The notes beneath the pieces were generated by a model. That model was not told the DNA's origin. It ran no database searches and worked only from the letters and a program-made list of their open reading frames with translations. DNA of 64,000 bases from an uncultured virus (IMG/VR IMGVR_UViG_2858553787_000001) (taxonomy: Duplodnaviria > Heunggongvirae > Uroviricota > Caudoviricetes). Made by a program: the position numbers and the translations under genes. The stretch lies in IMG/VR virus record IMGVR_UViG_2858553787_000001; one strand, 5' to 3'. Of this stretch, positions 55,646 through 64,000 are shown piece after piece (the stretch's first letter is position 1; each line of letters starts with the position of its first letter).

Positions 55646-57974
55646 TCTTGTAGATTCTCTGTTTGCCGTAAATGCCAAAGCGAATGCTCTCCTTTGTCCT
55701 CGTCCAGCCGTAAACCTGTGTCATAAGGGCAGCGATAGCATAGGAATCAGCAGGCTTCATATCAGACAGAGAACGGCCAAAGCATTCACACCAGATTTCG
55801 GCATTGCAGACCACACTCCGCATTCTCACACCTTTTTCTACCGTCGGGCTGTCTTTCTCGCTGATATAATTTCTTCTCTCATAGAGATCCATCATATCCC
55901 AGCGTTCCGGCAGCAGCATATTCAGATACTGTTCGACCATGCCCTGGCGCTCATCCATTTCCATTGCACTCTTCTGGGCCTCCTGTGCGCTCTCCAATAA
56001 ATCACCTTCCAAGTACAGCTTCTCGCCGTCCTCGTAGTATTTCTTGGTTTCCGCCCAGATCTGGTCCTTTTCTTCTTTCGTAAAATGCCACTTACGCTTC
56101 TGCTCCGTCTGCTTCAGCTTAACAACCCAGAAGCGGCGGTTACCCGTAATATCGCGCAGGTATCCTCTCTCGCCGTTGACACTTGCAATCACCACACACT
56201 GCCGTGGGTGAGATTCGACAGTACGGCCATAAGAAGGGCGATACTTATCATCGGTGGTCGTAATGAATGCTTTCACCTTTTCAATGTCCGCTTTCTTCAT
56301 GCCGGCCAGCTCCGGGATCTCCACGATCCAGAATCCCTGCAGTTTCTCCGCGGCAGCCTTATCGTTCATATCCGTCAGGCTCAGGTTGTCGGCGTAGTAT
56401 TCCTCTCCGCACAGATCCTTCAAGAACGTACTTTTTCCAATTCCCTGCTCACCATCCAGTACCGGAACAGAGTCAAACTTCGTGCCGGGATGGTAGATAC
56501 GGGTGACTGCTGCCACCAGCATCTTCCGGGTCACCGCACGGACGTATGGGGTATCGTCCGCATCAAAATAATCAATCAACAGGGTATCCACCCGTTCCTT
56601 ACCGTCCCAAGACGGCAGGCCGTCCAAATAATCTCTAACCGGGTGAAAGCTGCGGTCGTCCGCCACCTTCAAAAAACTCACATCGTGATTACGGGTAGAG
56701 AATGAAGTATAGCGGGTATCAAGAATGGCTTTCAGCTGTGCGGTATCTGCATCGCGCCAGAACTTGTTATCGTCCGGGCGGTTCCACGGCACTTTTCCTG
56801 TGATCTGGATGCGGTTTGCCATCTCATTGAACGCAAAATTCTGGAAGTCCGGGTCATTATTAAGGATCAGCACCTCGTTAAAGACACTGTTCTCCAGCAC
56901 CTTGCTTCTGGGCATATACCTTAACTTCTCTCTCCAGTCCTCACCGTCATCAAAGTCCATGTCGGCTTCCGCTTTCTTCTCCTCTGCCGCCAGCACCCTG
57001 ACCTTATCCAGACTCATCGCAAAATCGCACATTGCCTGGAAGCTCTTTTTCTCATCTTCGTCCCCAAACTTGTGTACACGCACAAGGTCAAAGGAATTCA
57101 AGGAACGACCGCAGGCAGGGTCGGATGCATGGAAGGAATGTGCGAACTTCTCCTCAAAAATCTGCACACCGGCAGAGGAATCCGCCGGGATATAGGAATA
57201 GCGGCCGGGAATGTTGGCAGACGGCTCATAGACATTGGAAAGGAAGGTGTCGATGGCTTCACGAATCGGATAAGCACGGCAGAACAGTCCAACCACGCCG
57301 CCTTTCGCCTCCGGGTCTTCCATCTTCTTGCCGCTGCTTTCCTTTACCTCGCTCTCTCTACTGCTGGTCGGAAGTAAAGAACAGTCCTGCCAGTTAGGGT
57401 GAAAAGAGAGAAAAACATCCGGGTCAAGCCATTCGCCCTCCACCTTTTCGCAGATATACTCTCCATTCGATGGCGTAGTCGGCCAGTACATCAGCTGATG
57501 CGGACGGTACGAGCATTCATCAAACTGGTCGATGCCCCATTCGGCTGCGAAGTACCGGGCAATGGCCTGGTATTCATCCGGTGTCACATCACGGGTCAGC
57601 GGGATGATGATGCGGAAACGAGGTGCTTCCGGGGTGTGTCCGTGGGTGGTATAGAGGACAGAGGTATACGAGGCCAGCATCTCATAGCTTTCGATGAAGC
57701 CTTTTTCACCCTTATCCACATCCATCGTCAGCATAGAACGGCTGACCACGTTTTCTCTCTTTCTTCTGCCGCCCTTCAGCTGACCGCCGACAAAGCCGCC
57801 CTTATCCTTGGCAGCTTCACGCTCGGCGCGCTTCATCTTCTGGTATTCCTCGACTGTCTCCGTGGTTCTTATCGTATTTTCCAGCCGGCCGCACAGCTCC
57901 CCAAAGGTGATCGTCTTATTCGACCATTTCTTCGCCATGCAGCTGTTGCCGTAGGCAATATTCAAGTCTCTCAT
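55623..57974 (-). CDS. Primase-helicase (VirE/VapE family)
   Basis: N-terminal primpol-like (D.D, TH.H..PR.R); G.QG.GKST, EL, R..YGR, D.TGNRRF. Confidence 0.92.
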   Translation of the reverse strand: MRDLNIAYGNSCMAKKWSNKTITFGELCGRLENTIRTTETVEEYQKMKRAEREAAKDKGGFVGGQLKGGRRKRENVVSRSMLTMDVDKGEKGFIESYEMLASYTSVLYTTHGHTPEAPRFRIIIPLTRDVTPDEYQAIARYFAAEWGIDQFDECSYRPHQLMYWPTTPSNGEYICEKVEGEWLDPDVFLSFHPNWQDCSLLPTSSRESEVKESSGKKMEDPEAKGGVVGLFCRAYPIREAIDTFLSNVYEPSANIPGRYSYIPADSSAGVQIFEEKFAHSFHASDPACGRSLNSFDLVRVHKFGDEDEKKSFQAMCDFAMSLDKVRVLAAEEKKAEADMDFDDGEDWREKLRYMPRSKVLENSVFNEVLILNNDPDFQNFAFNEMANRIQITGKVPWNRPDDNKFWRDADTAQLKAILDTRYTSFSTRNHDVSFLKVADDRSFHPVRDYLDGLPSWDGKERVDTLLIDYFDADDTPYVRAVTRKMLVAAVTRIYHPGTKFDSVPVLDGEQGIGKSTFLKDLCGEEYYADNLSLTDMNDKAAAEKLQGFWIVEIPELAGMKKADIEKVKAFITTTDDKYRPSYGRTVESHPRQCVVIASVNGERGYLRDITGNRRFWVVKLKQTEQKRKWHFTKEEKDQIWAETKKYYEDGEKLYLEGDLLESAQEAQKSAMEMDERQGMVEQYLNMLLPERWDMMDLYERRNYISEKDSPTVEKGVRMRSVVCNAEIWCECFGRSLSDMKPADSYAIAALMTQVYGWTRTKESIRFGIYGKQRIYKKTTEQEK

Positions 57975-58004
57975 CGCTTTCCTCCTGCTTTTCTTTCCAT
58001 TTCC

Positions 58005-58763
58005 TTACTCACGCTCCATAACCGGCAAAATCCCGTCTGCCTTCAGAAGTTCATAAATAAACAGCCGGCCTTTCTGCGTCCAGAGCGTATGCATGGCTGT
58101 ATGGTTATCCTCGTCATAGAGGTAAGTCCTGCTCTGGGTGTAGCCCTGCTCGGCATACTTCTGATACAAAAACCATGTCCTGCCCTGCTTGAACTGGATC
58201 TTCTTTTCCTTCAAAATCTTATTGAGCTTTTTCGCTGACAACCCGAAATCCTTTGCGATCTGGGTAATGGTAACGAGATCCGGGCAGGCAAGGACGATAT
58301 CGTAGTAAGAAACTTTCGGCTGCATCTCGGCGATCTGCTGTGCCTTGACTGCATTCTCCAGTTCCAGACGTTTTTTCTCCTCGCGCTCCTTCTTCAGCTC
58401 CATCAACGCGCTGATCAAAAGATCCGGGTTATTCAGCACTTCATCCACAGCATACAGACCATGCTTGCGGATGGACGGCAATACGTCATGCGTGACCCAA
58501 CGCTTGAATTCCTTTGCCTGCGGTTTACGGCTCGTGAGGATCAGAGAATAAAGCCCGGCTTCATTCACCACTACCATCTGCTGATCTCCGCCAAGGGTCT
58601 TAATAGTAGTAAGACCCTTTTCGTCATCGTCCAGGCGTTCTACTGTTCTGGTGGGATTTCCGAGTTCCAGCACACGGCACACATCCGCTGCAACAAACCA
58701 CACAGCTTCGTCCTTGTAATCCGTTCTGACCTGCTGACCCTGATAATCAAAAACTTCAAACAT
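58005..58763 (-). CDS. Phage antirepressor (BRO-N + ANT/KilAC)
   Basis: WFVA.DVC, NE.GLY.L...SRKP.A..F..WVT..VLPSIR; IAK..G.SA..LN, WTQKG. Confidence 0.92.
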   Translation of the reverse strand: MFEVFDYQGQQVRTDYKDEAVWFVAADVCRVLELGNPTRTVERLDDDEKGLTTIKTLGGDQQMVVVNEAGLYSLILTSRKPQAKEFKRWVTHDVLPSIRKHGLYAVDEVLNNPDLLISALMELKKEREEKKRLELENAVKAQQIAEMQPKVSYYDIVLACPDLVTITQIAKDFGLSAKKLNKILKEKKIQFKQGRTWFLYQKYAEQGYTQSRTYLYDEDNHTAMHTLWTQKGRLFIYELLKADGILPVMERE

Positions 58764-58887
58764 AATAAAATAACCTCCGAAAATCTATAGAGTAAGGGAG
58801 CGTTCCCCTCTACCACGCCAGATTTTCGGAGGTCTTTTATAACCTGTTTCTCTTAAATTTTTTTCTTGTTCCTTTTTCTCTCGTCCC

Positions 58888-61755
58888 TTAATCCTTCATA
58901 TAAAAATCCGAGGTAAAGCCATCTGCTCGCAAAACCAGCCCCGGTGTCCAAGGCGGGGTTCGTCCCATCTGCTCACAAATTGCTTCCAGGCTGACCCGTG
59001 GGTCTGCTTCGATGATCAGCTCGTCATGCACATGCATCACAATGGAACAACAACGGAGTGTGCGCATGGCATAGCAGAGGATGTCCCGGCTGATTGCCTG
59101 GATCACGTTCTCGGTCAGCTTGCCGCCAAAGCTCTCCAGCCTCTCCCACTTCTTTGTACCGCCAACACCTTCATAGGTAATGGAAGTTCCGCCGAACTGG
59201 TTTTCTCCCAGTCTCGGTTTCACATATGCCAGCTTTCTGCCAGAGGGAAGATAAATAAAGAGAAAGCCAGACTGGTAAGTGAACCGCAGGCACTTCACCT
59301 GCTGTGGCTCTTTGGTCTTGATGACATGGATGGCCGCCCTCTCGATCTCACCCCAGAGTCGGACGATATTCGGATTTGCTGACCGCCAGGAATCCACCAG
59401 CGGTTTCAGTTCTTCCTCTTTCATGCCAAGCTCCAGCGCCCCCATCGCTTTCAATGCACCAACGGAGCCGCCATAGCCGCAGTTGTGGACGAGATGTCCC
59501 GATACGGTAAAACGGTGATGTCGTCCGGCATTTCGTATATCATAAAGTCGAGCCGTGCGCTTATAATTCGCCAGTTCTTCCTTTTCTCGAATACCGCAGT
59601 CTGTGCATCCTGAATGATTTCGTCCCGGTTCATCCCACTGCTCAGTTTCCGGACAACAACATTCTGGCAGTACGGCCAATACTTCTGCTCGAATCTGCCG
59701 AGTACCGTTGTCCTTCGATTTGCAGAATTCTCCTGTCTTGTTACCAGACGAATATTCCCAGGGGCATAGTTGCCGTTGTTGTCTATCCGGTCCAGTTCCA
59801 TCTCCCGTTTTAGATGTCCGTACTGCCTGATCAGATAGAGTCCGGCTTCTATCACACTGGGAAACTCGAACTTTATCCCTCTCGCACCGTAATTGGCATA
59901 CCCTGCATCGTTTGGATTCTCGCATCTCTGCTTGGCTGCTGCCAGTCTCTTTTCCAGCCAGCTCGGAATGGGACGTTTCTGAGTACAGTTCTGGCACCCT
60001 TTCGATTTTCCACTGGTCAGATTTGTCCTGAGCTGCCACTGTATCGCACCGCAACCCATGCACTGTGTCAGAACATAGCAGTGATTCTGCTTTTCGTTCC
60101 ATCGCTTCTCCGGACTGATAATTTTTACCCAGCCGTAATGCTCTCCCACCATCTCCGGTTTGTACGAGATGCGCGCCGCAGGTGGCGGCGAATCCAAGCT
60201 GTACCGGCTCCGATTTCCCTTCAACCCAGACGAAATGGTCTGGAGTTGCTGTGAGTCCTTCGTAGGTGATGACTTCCCTTTCTCCTCTGTATATGACACC
60301 ATCATGGGACACCCACTCCTCTCCGTCCCAGACTTTATCTTCCTGTTTTACTTTTTCTATAGGCACCAGACCTCTATCCGTCAGCACCAAACTGCCCTCT
60401 GCAATACAGCTTAACTCGGCCTGTTTTCCTTTTTGTCGCAGCTCACCATTCTCACCATGCTTTACGACCGGCACTCCGAACATACGGGAAGCCGTTGCAC
60501 AGTAAATGTCGCCACCGGAAGCAAAGACCTCCATGCGCCATTCTTCCCCTGCGATCCAGGAAAGCACTCTGGCTTCGATGGCGGAAAAGTCTGCCACATA
60601 GAACCTCGCGCCCTCTCTGGGGATGAATGCGGTACGGATGAGCTGGGACAATGTGTCCGGCACATCCTCATACAGCATCTTTACTGCTTCCAGATTTCCC
60701 TGCCGTACCAGTGCCCTCGCCTCTGCCAGATCCGGCAGATGGTTCTGCGGAAGGTTTTGCATCTGAATGAGGCGGCCTGAAAACCTGCCGGTGCGGTTGG
60801 CTCCGTAAAACATGAACATCCCTCTTGCCCGGCCGTCCGAGCAGGCAGCATTCTTCATGGCCTGATACTTTTTCACACTGCTCTTTGCAAGCTGCTGACG
60901 CAGGCGCAACACTTCCCGAATCTCCTCCGGCACTTCTTCCATAAGAGCTTTGACCTGCTTCTTTCCAAGACTGTCCGTCTCCACCCCGTTATCAGCAAGC
61001 CACCCTGACAGCTGGGATACCGAGTTCGGATTTTCCAGTGCAGTCAGCTCCTGCATCTTTGTCTTCAGTTCTTCCTTGATCTCGGTGTCCATTGCAATGG
61101 CATTCTGTACCAGCACACCGTCAATCCTTACGCCCCGGTCGTTGATTTCCTGATCGATAGCGTATTCCTCCCATACGGAATCCGGCACAGGGAAACGCTC
61201 CAGCTTCTGCTGGATCTGCATCTCGACCTCAACATCCCGCACATTATACTTTTTGAAGACATCCCACTTATCCGGTGCATCGGACGGAAGATTTCTTGTC
61301 CGGCCGCCGTTGGTCTTGGTTGGCGCACAGGGTACGCAGAAATAACGGATCAGGTCTTTGCCTTCTCCCATCTTCTGCTTATCCAGCCCCAGCACAGCAC
61401 CGACTCCGGCCAGTGACAACGGCAGACCCATATATGCCGACCAGACCATCGTACACTTCCATTCCTCTGGGTTCAGATATTCCCCGGTCGGATAGCCCAG
61501 ATACCGGGACAGGCAGACACGCTCGAATGAGGCATTGTGTGCCAGCTTCGTTACGCTCTCATCCTCCAGCGCAGCCAGTATCTCCTTTGGCAGCTTCTCT
61601 CCGCAGGCCAGATCCACGACCCTGACCTCACCGCCGTCACAGGAATAGCCAAACAGCAGGATCTCAAAATCCGGGGATTCTGTGTATTTATAGACACCGC
61701 ACTTTGCAAGGTCGGCAGAGGAATACGTTTCTATATCAATGTGTAATTCCTTCAT
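58888..61755 (-). CDS. Family A DNA polymerase precursor containing an intein (646 aa after splicing)
   Basis: DIET, AHNA.F, RTGR, Q.QNLP, DFSAIEAR, K..EL.CGYGG, HVHDE. Confidence 0.95.
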   Translation of the reverse strand: MKELHIDIETYSSADLAKCGVYKYTESPDFEILLFGYSCDGGEVRVVDLACGEKLPKEILAALEDESVTKLAHNASFERVCLSRYLGYPTGEYLNPEEWKCTMVWSAYMGLPLSLAGVGAVLGLDKQKMGEGKDLIRYFCVPCAPTKTNGGRTRNLPSDAPDKWDVFKKYNVRDVEVEMQIQQKLERFPVPDSVWEEYAIDQEINDRGVRIDGVLVQNAIAMDTEIKEELKTKMQELTALENPNSVSQLSGWLADNGVETDSLGKKQVKALMEEVPEEIREVLRLRQQLAKSSVKKYQAMKNAACSDGRARGMFMFYGANRTGRFSGRLIQMQNLPQNHLPDLAEARALVRQGNLEAVKMLYEDVPDTLSQLIRTAFIPREGARFYVADFSAIEARVLSWIAGEEWRMEVFASGGDIYCATASRMFGVPVVKHGENGELRQKGKQAELSCIAEGSLVLTDRGLVPIEKVKQEDKVWDGEEWVSHDGVIYRGEREVITYEGLTATPDHFVWVEGKSEPVQLGFAATCGAHLVQTGDGGRALRLGKNYQSGEAMERKAESLLCSDTVHGLRCDTVAAQDKSDQWKIERVPELYSETSHSELAGKETGSSQAEMRESKRCRVCQLRCERDKVRVSQCDRSRTLSDQAVRTSKTGDGTGPDRQQRQLCPWEYSSGNKTGEFCKSKDNGTRQIRAEVLAVLPECCCPETEQWDEPGRNHSGCTDCGIREKEELANYKRTARLYDIRNAGRHHRFTVSGHLVHNCGYGGSVGALKAMGALELGMKEEELKPLVDSWRSANPNIVRLWGEIERAAIHVIKTKEPQQVKCLRFTYQSGFLFIYLPSGRKLAYVKPRLGENQFGGTSITYEGVGGTKKWERLESFGGKLTENVIQAISRDILCYAMRTLRCCSIVMHVHDELIIEADPRVSLEAICEQMGRTPPWTPGLVLRADGFTSDFYMKD
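59451..60305 (-). CDS. HNH-like homing endonuclease overprinted in +1 frame within the intein
   Basis: CMGC/CQNC, RCENP..Y.NYGARGI, LDRIDNNGNYAPGNIRLVT..EN..NRR; GAGGAG SD 10 nt upstream. Confidence 0.82.
   Translation of the reverse strand: MMVSYTEEKGKSSPTKDSQQLQTISSGLKGNRSRYSLDSPPPAARISYKPEMVGEHYGWVKIISPEKRWNEKQNHCYVLTQCMGCGAIQWQLRTNLTSGKSKGCQNCTQKRPIPSWLEKRLAAAKQRCENPNDAGYANYGARGIKFEFPSVIEAGLYLIRQYGHLKREMELDRIDNNGNYAPGNIRLVTRQENSANRRTTVLGRFEQKYWPYCQNVVVRKLSSGMNRDEIIQDAQTAVFEKRKNWRIISARLDFMIYEMPDDITVLPYRDISSTTAAMAAPLVH
59482..60408 (-). mobile_element. Intein, 309 aa (precursor residues 450-758)
   Basis: Block A CIAEGSLVLT, block B TPDH, block F LYDI, block G LVHN followed by extein Cys. 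Confidence 0.93.
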
Positions 61756-61880
61756 GGCTACCTCCTTACCCAGTCCGTCTGTGCATCATCCTGCCGATGC
61801 TCTTTCGCTGGTCTGTATACTGTTTTTTGGGTGTCTGCTTGATCTGCTTCTTTTTCTTCTGTTCCTTCTCCTGCTTCTTT

Positions 61881-62915
61881 TTATACATACAGTTCTCTCC
61901 TTTGCATGATCTGCCAGCCAATTCCTTCCAACGCAGTCGCACGGTCATAGGACTCCACATCCTGAGAGGCACGGGTGACCGCATTGGTCAGTCCATAAAG
62001 GGAAAGGTCTCCGCCCTCCACCAGATACTTGAAGATACCGTTCTGCTCGTCCTGCGTGATACCAAACTCCCTGCCAGTCAGTTCCACGACTTCCTGCACA
62101 TTGCCCTTGATTGGGATACCGGCCGCTTCCTTCAGCTTATCGACTACCTGTGCAAAACGACTCTCCTCGATGGCTGCCATTGTGGTGTCGCGTAATTTCA
62201 GCATAAAGGCCTTATCCTCTGCCTCCAAAGTTTCATCCGAGTACAGCGTGAAATCTTCTGCCATCTTTGCCTGCCGGCCGACATGGTTCCTGCGCTCCCC
62301 GAAATCGTTAATAATAAGGCCATTGGTACAAACCAAGCGATATACCAGTGGCTGTACGGACACTGCACCAAGGCCGACTTCGGAATTGGAGATTATGACT
62401 CCTGCCTGTACGATATCGCCTTTCCGGACTTCCATCTCCAGCCTCTTGTTCAAAATCTTCAGATACAGTCTGTTCTCTGTCACCTCACAGCTCTCCACGC
62501 TGTATCCGTCATTGCCTGCAAACAGCGGCAGCACCGCAGAGGCGATCTCCATGTTGTCGATCCTTCTGTATCTTTCCGAGAGAAGTGCTCTCGCTACAGG
62601 ACCAGTGCCGTAATCCATCGACCGGATCATGTAATTGCTCTGTCTGGTATCCAGCCAGGCATTCGCATTCTCTGCCAGCAGTTCCGGCTTTTCTTTCTGC
62701 ATCAGATCATAATACTTTGCCGGGATCGCCAGCGTGGATGCCAACTGACGATGGAACAATTCCGTTGTGGAGAATATTTTCTCCTGCCCCATCTGAAAAG
62801 TCCGTCCATCCTTTTCCAGCTTCATGCTCTGCGCCGGAGCGATATAGTCTTTCTTTGCCTGGTTCTGCCGCTGAAGTTCCATCAGCACTTCCTGCAAACT
62901 TCTTCCTGCCTTCAT
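61881..62915 (-). CDS. DUF932-like protein
   Basis: ISNSE.G, RLVCTNG, H.G, L.NAVT motifs. Confidence 0.75.
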   Translation of the reverse strand: MKAGRSLQEVLMELQRQNQAKKDYIAPAQSMKLEKDGRTFQMGQEKIFSTTELFHRQLASTLAIPAKYYDLMQKEKPELLAENANAWLDTRQSNYMIRSMDYGTGPVARALLSERYRRIDNMEIASAVLPLFAGNDGYSVESCEVTENRLYLKILNKRLEMEVRKGDIVQAGVIISNSEVGLGAVSVQPLVYRLVCTNGLIINDFGERRNHVGRQAKMAEDFTLYSDETLEAEDKAFMLKLRDTTMAAIEESRFAQVVDKLKEAAGIPIKGNVQEVVELTGREFGITQDEQNGIFKYLVEGGDLSLYGLTNAVTRASQDVESYDRATALEGIGWQIMQRRELYV

Positions 62916-62916
62916 C

Positions 62917-63228
62917 TTATTTCTCCCTTCCGATCATCTTTACAATCAGGTTCAGTGTTTCCCGGATCGCTTTCCGGTCCATACGGGGCTTTTCCATCAG
63001 CCTGAGCACCTCCTCGGTCTCATCCCGGATGTTCAGGAGCACCTGCTTGTAGTGGTCGGTGATCTCATCATCCGTGATCTCCTCTGCATCGCTCTCCACA
63101 CCTTCCAGATACTCCTCCAGATACTGCCGGATGTCGGTCCCCATATAATCCTCGACCGCATCCATCACATCAAACACATTAAATGGGGTGAGCAGCTCAC
63201 CGCCCTTGATTTCCAATACATGTGGCAT
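62917..63228 (-). CDS. Hypothetical protein
   Basis: GGAGG SD, acidic 103 aa. Confidence 0.7.
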   Translation of the reverse strand: MPHVLEIKGGELLTPFNVFDVMDAVEDYMGTDIRQYLEEYLEGVESDAEEITDDEITDHYKQVLLNIRDETEEVLRLMEKPRMDRKAIRETLNLIVKMIGREK

Positions 63229-63318
63229 AATTTTCCCTCCAGAATTTATGTACTTCTGCCGTGTCCCGGCAGAAAAAGGTTAAAAGAAAAGAGGGGCAGC
63301 GGACCGCCCCTCCCATCA

Positions 63319-63885
63319 TCAGCTGAGGAAATCGTCGTCCTCTTCCGTTGCAAAGTCATCCTCTGCACTTGCCTTGCCGCCCAGATGCTCACCATCGGCG
63401 ATCTTCTGCAGGTTGTTCAGCGAACACGCGATGCCCTTGTTGCCAGAGCTGTTGAACGCATAGAACGAGATGGATGCACGGCCATACACACCGGAATACA
63501 CCTCGGAACGCTGCAGGATCGGCTGGCGGTCGGCATCCACGATGCCCGGAGCAGTCGTGTTGTTGGCGTTCAGGAAGTAATGCCCTGCATAGGACTCATC
63601 ATCCGGCTTCTCCACATCGCCATCACGCAGCGGCGTCTTCAGCGCAGCCAGCGGAGGTACACTCTTGCCATTGCCCTTCAGCTTTGCCTCGCCTTCCTTA
63701 TAGGCGGCTTCGATTGCCTTCTTGATCTTCTCGACCGTCACCGTATCCTCTTTCGGGATCAGCAGGCACACGGAGTATTTCGCTGTGCCGCCGTTGATGC
63801 TCTTCGGCTCCCACACATTTGCGTAGCTCCAGCGGGTCTTCGGACCAGTGATCACCTTCATCGGATTTGTCATTTTGTTTGCCAT
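63319..63885 (-). CDS. DUF2815 single-stranded DNA-binding protein
   Basis: SYAN...P, KYS..LIPK, PLRDGD, YSG.Y.R, L.N.Q...DG, acidic tail DDDFL. Confidence 0.9.
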   Translation of the reverse strand: MANKMTNPMKVITGPKTRWSYANVWEPKSINGGTAKYSVCLLIPKEDTVTVEKIKKAIEAAYKEGEAKLKGNGKSVPPLAALKTPLRDGDVEKPDDESYAGHYFLNANNTTAPGIVDADRQPILQRSEVYSGVYGRASISFYAFNSSGNKGIACSLNNLQKIADGEHLGGKASAEDDFATEEDDDFLS

Positions 63886-63887
63886 GA

Positions 63888-64000
63888 TTAATTTTCCTCC
63901 TTGAAATCATCGTTTATCGTATTCATCTCAGGACGCTTATCATCCCTTGACACTAAGACAGGTTTTCCCTGGGGTTTTATAACCATTGCCCCCAGAATTT
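63888..64000 (-). CDS. 3' end of DUF2800-like (Cas4-like) nuclease, partial
   Basis: KP.GKP.LV...DKRP...DF motif; typical position before DUF2815. Confidence 0.7.
   Translation of the reverse strand, partial: ILGAMVIKPQGKPVLVSRDDKRPEMNTINDDFKEEN

Larger units (their letters stand above)
1841..64000 (-). mobile_element. Prophage (siphovirus-like, HK97-type head, serine-recombinase integration); continues beyond right edge, left att not located
   Basis: Co-oriented replication, packaging, head, tail, lysis and recombinase genes in canonical order. Confidence 0.95.

Noticed and set aside
59482..60408. Group I intron as the explanation for the polymerase insertion
   Set aside because: Insertion is an exact multiple of three, stop-free, and bounded by canonical intein blocks A, B, F and G
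61766..61888. 40-aa Lys-rich ORF before the polymerase
   Set aside because: Low complexity and short; may be real (overlaps upstream stop) but cannot be supported
1..64000. tRNA or rRNA genes
   Set aside because: None recognised by eye; a tRNAscan/Infernal run would be needed to exclude them

Overview
This window is about 62 kb of a temperate siphovirus-type prophage from a Firmicute (Clostridia-like host, inferred), almost entirely on the minus strand. Reading right to left, it has a replication module (DUF2800 fragment, DUF2815 SSB, family-A DNA polymerase, antirepressor, VirE primase-helicase, VRR-NUC, SNF2), a late activator and promoters, a MazF-like gene, metK and a packaging HNH with a candidate cos. 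A ~15 kb accessory island follows (three DNA methyltransferases, amidoligase/GGCT genes, many small acidic genes on repeated promoter units), then HK97-type head genes, tail genes with two morons, lysis genes and two large serine recombinases. The top observation is a 309-aa intein in the DNA polymerase (59482-60408) with no in-frame endonuclease; an HNH-type endonuclease gene with its own SD is instead overprinted in the +1 frame inside it. A second overprinted +1-frame gene lies inside the C5 methyltransferase. Also found: an IS200 cleanly splitting an HNH-AP2 gene, a MITE, a tail-chaperone -1 frameshift, and a family of repeated promoters with a phased 30-bp dyad box. All family names come from motif recognition by eye, not database searches.
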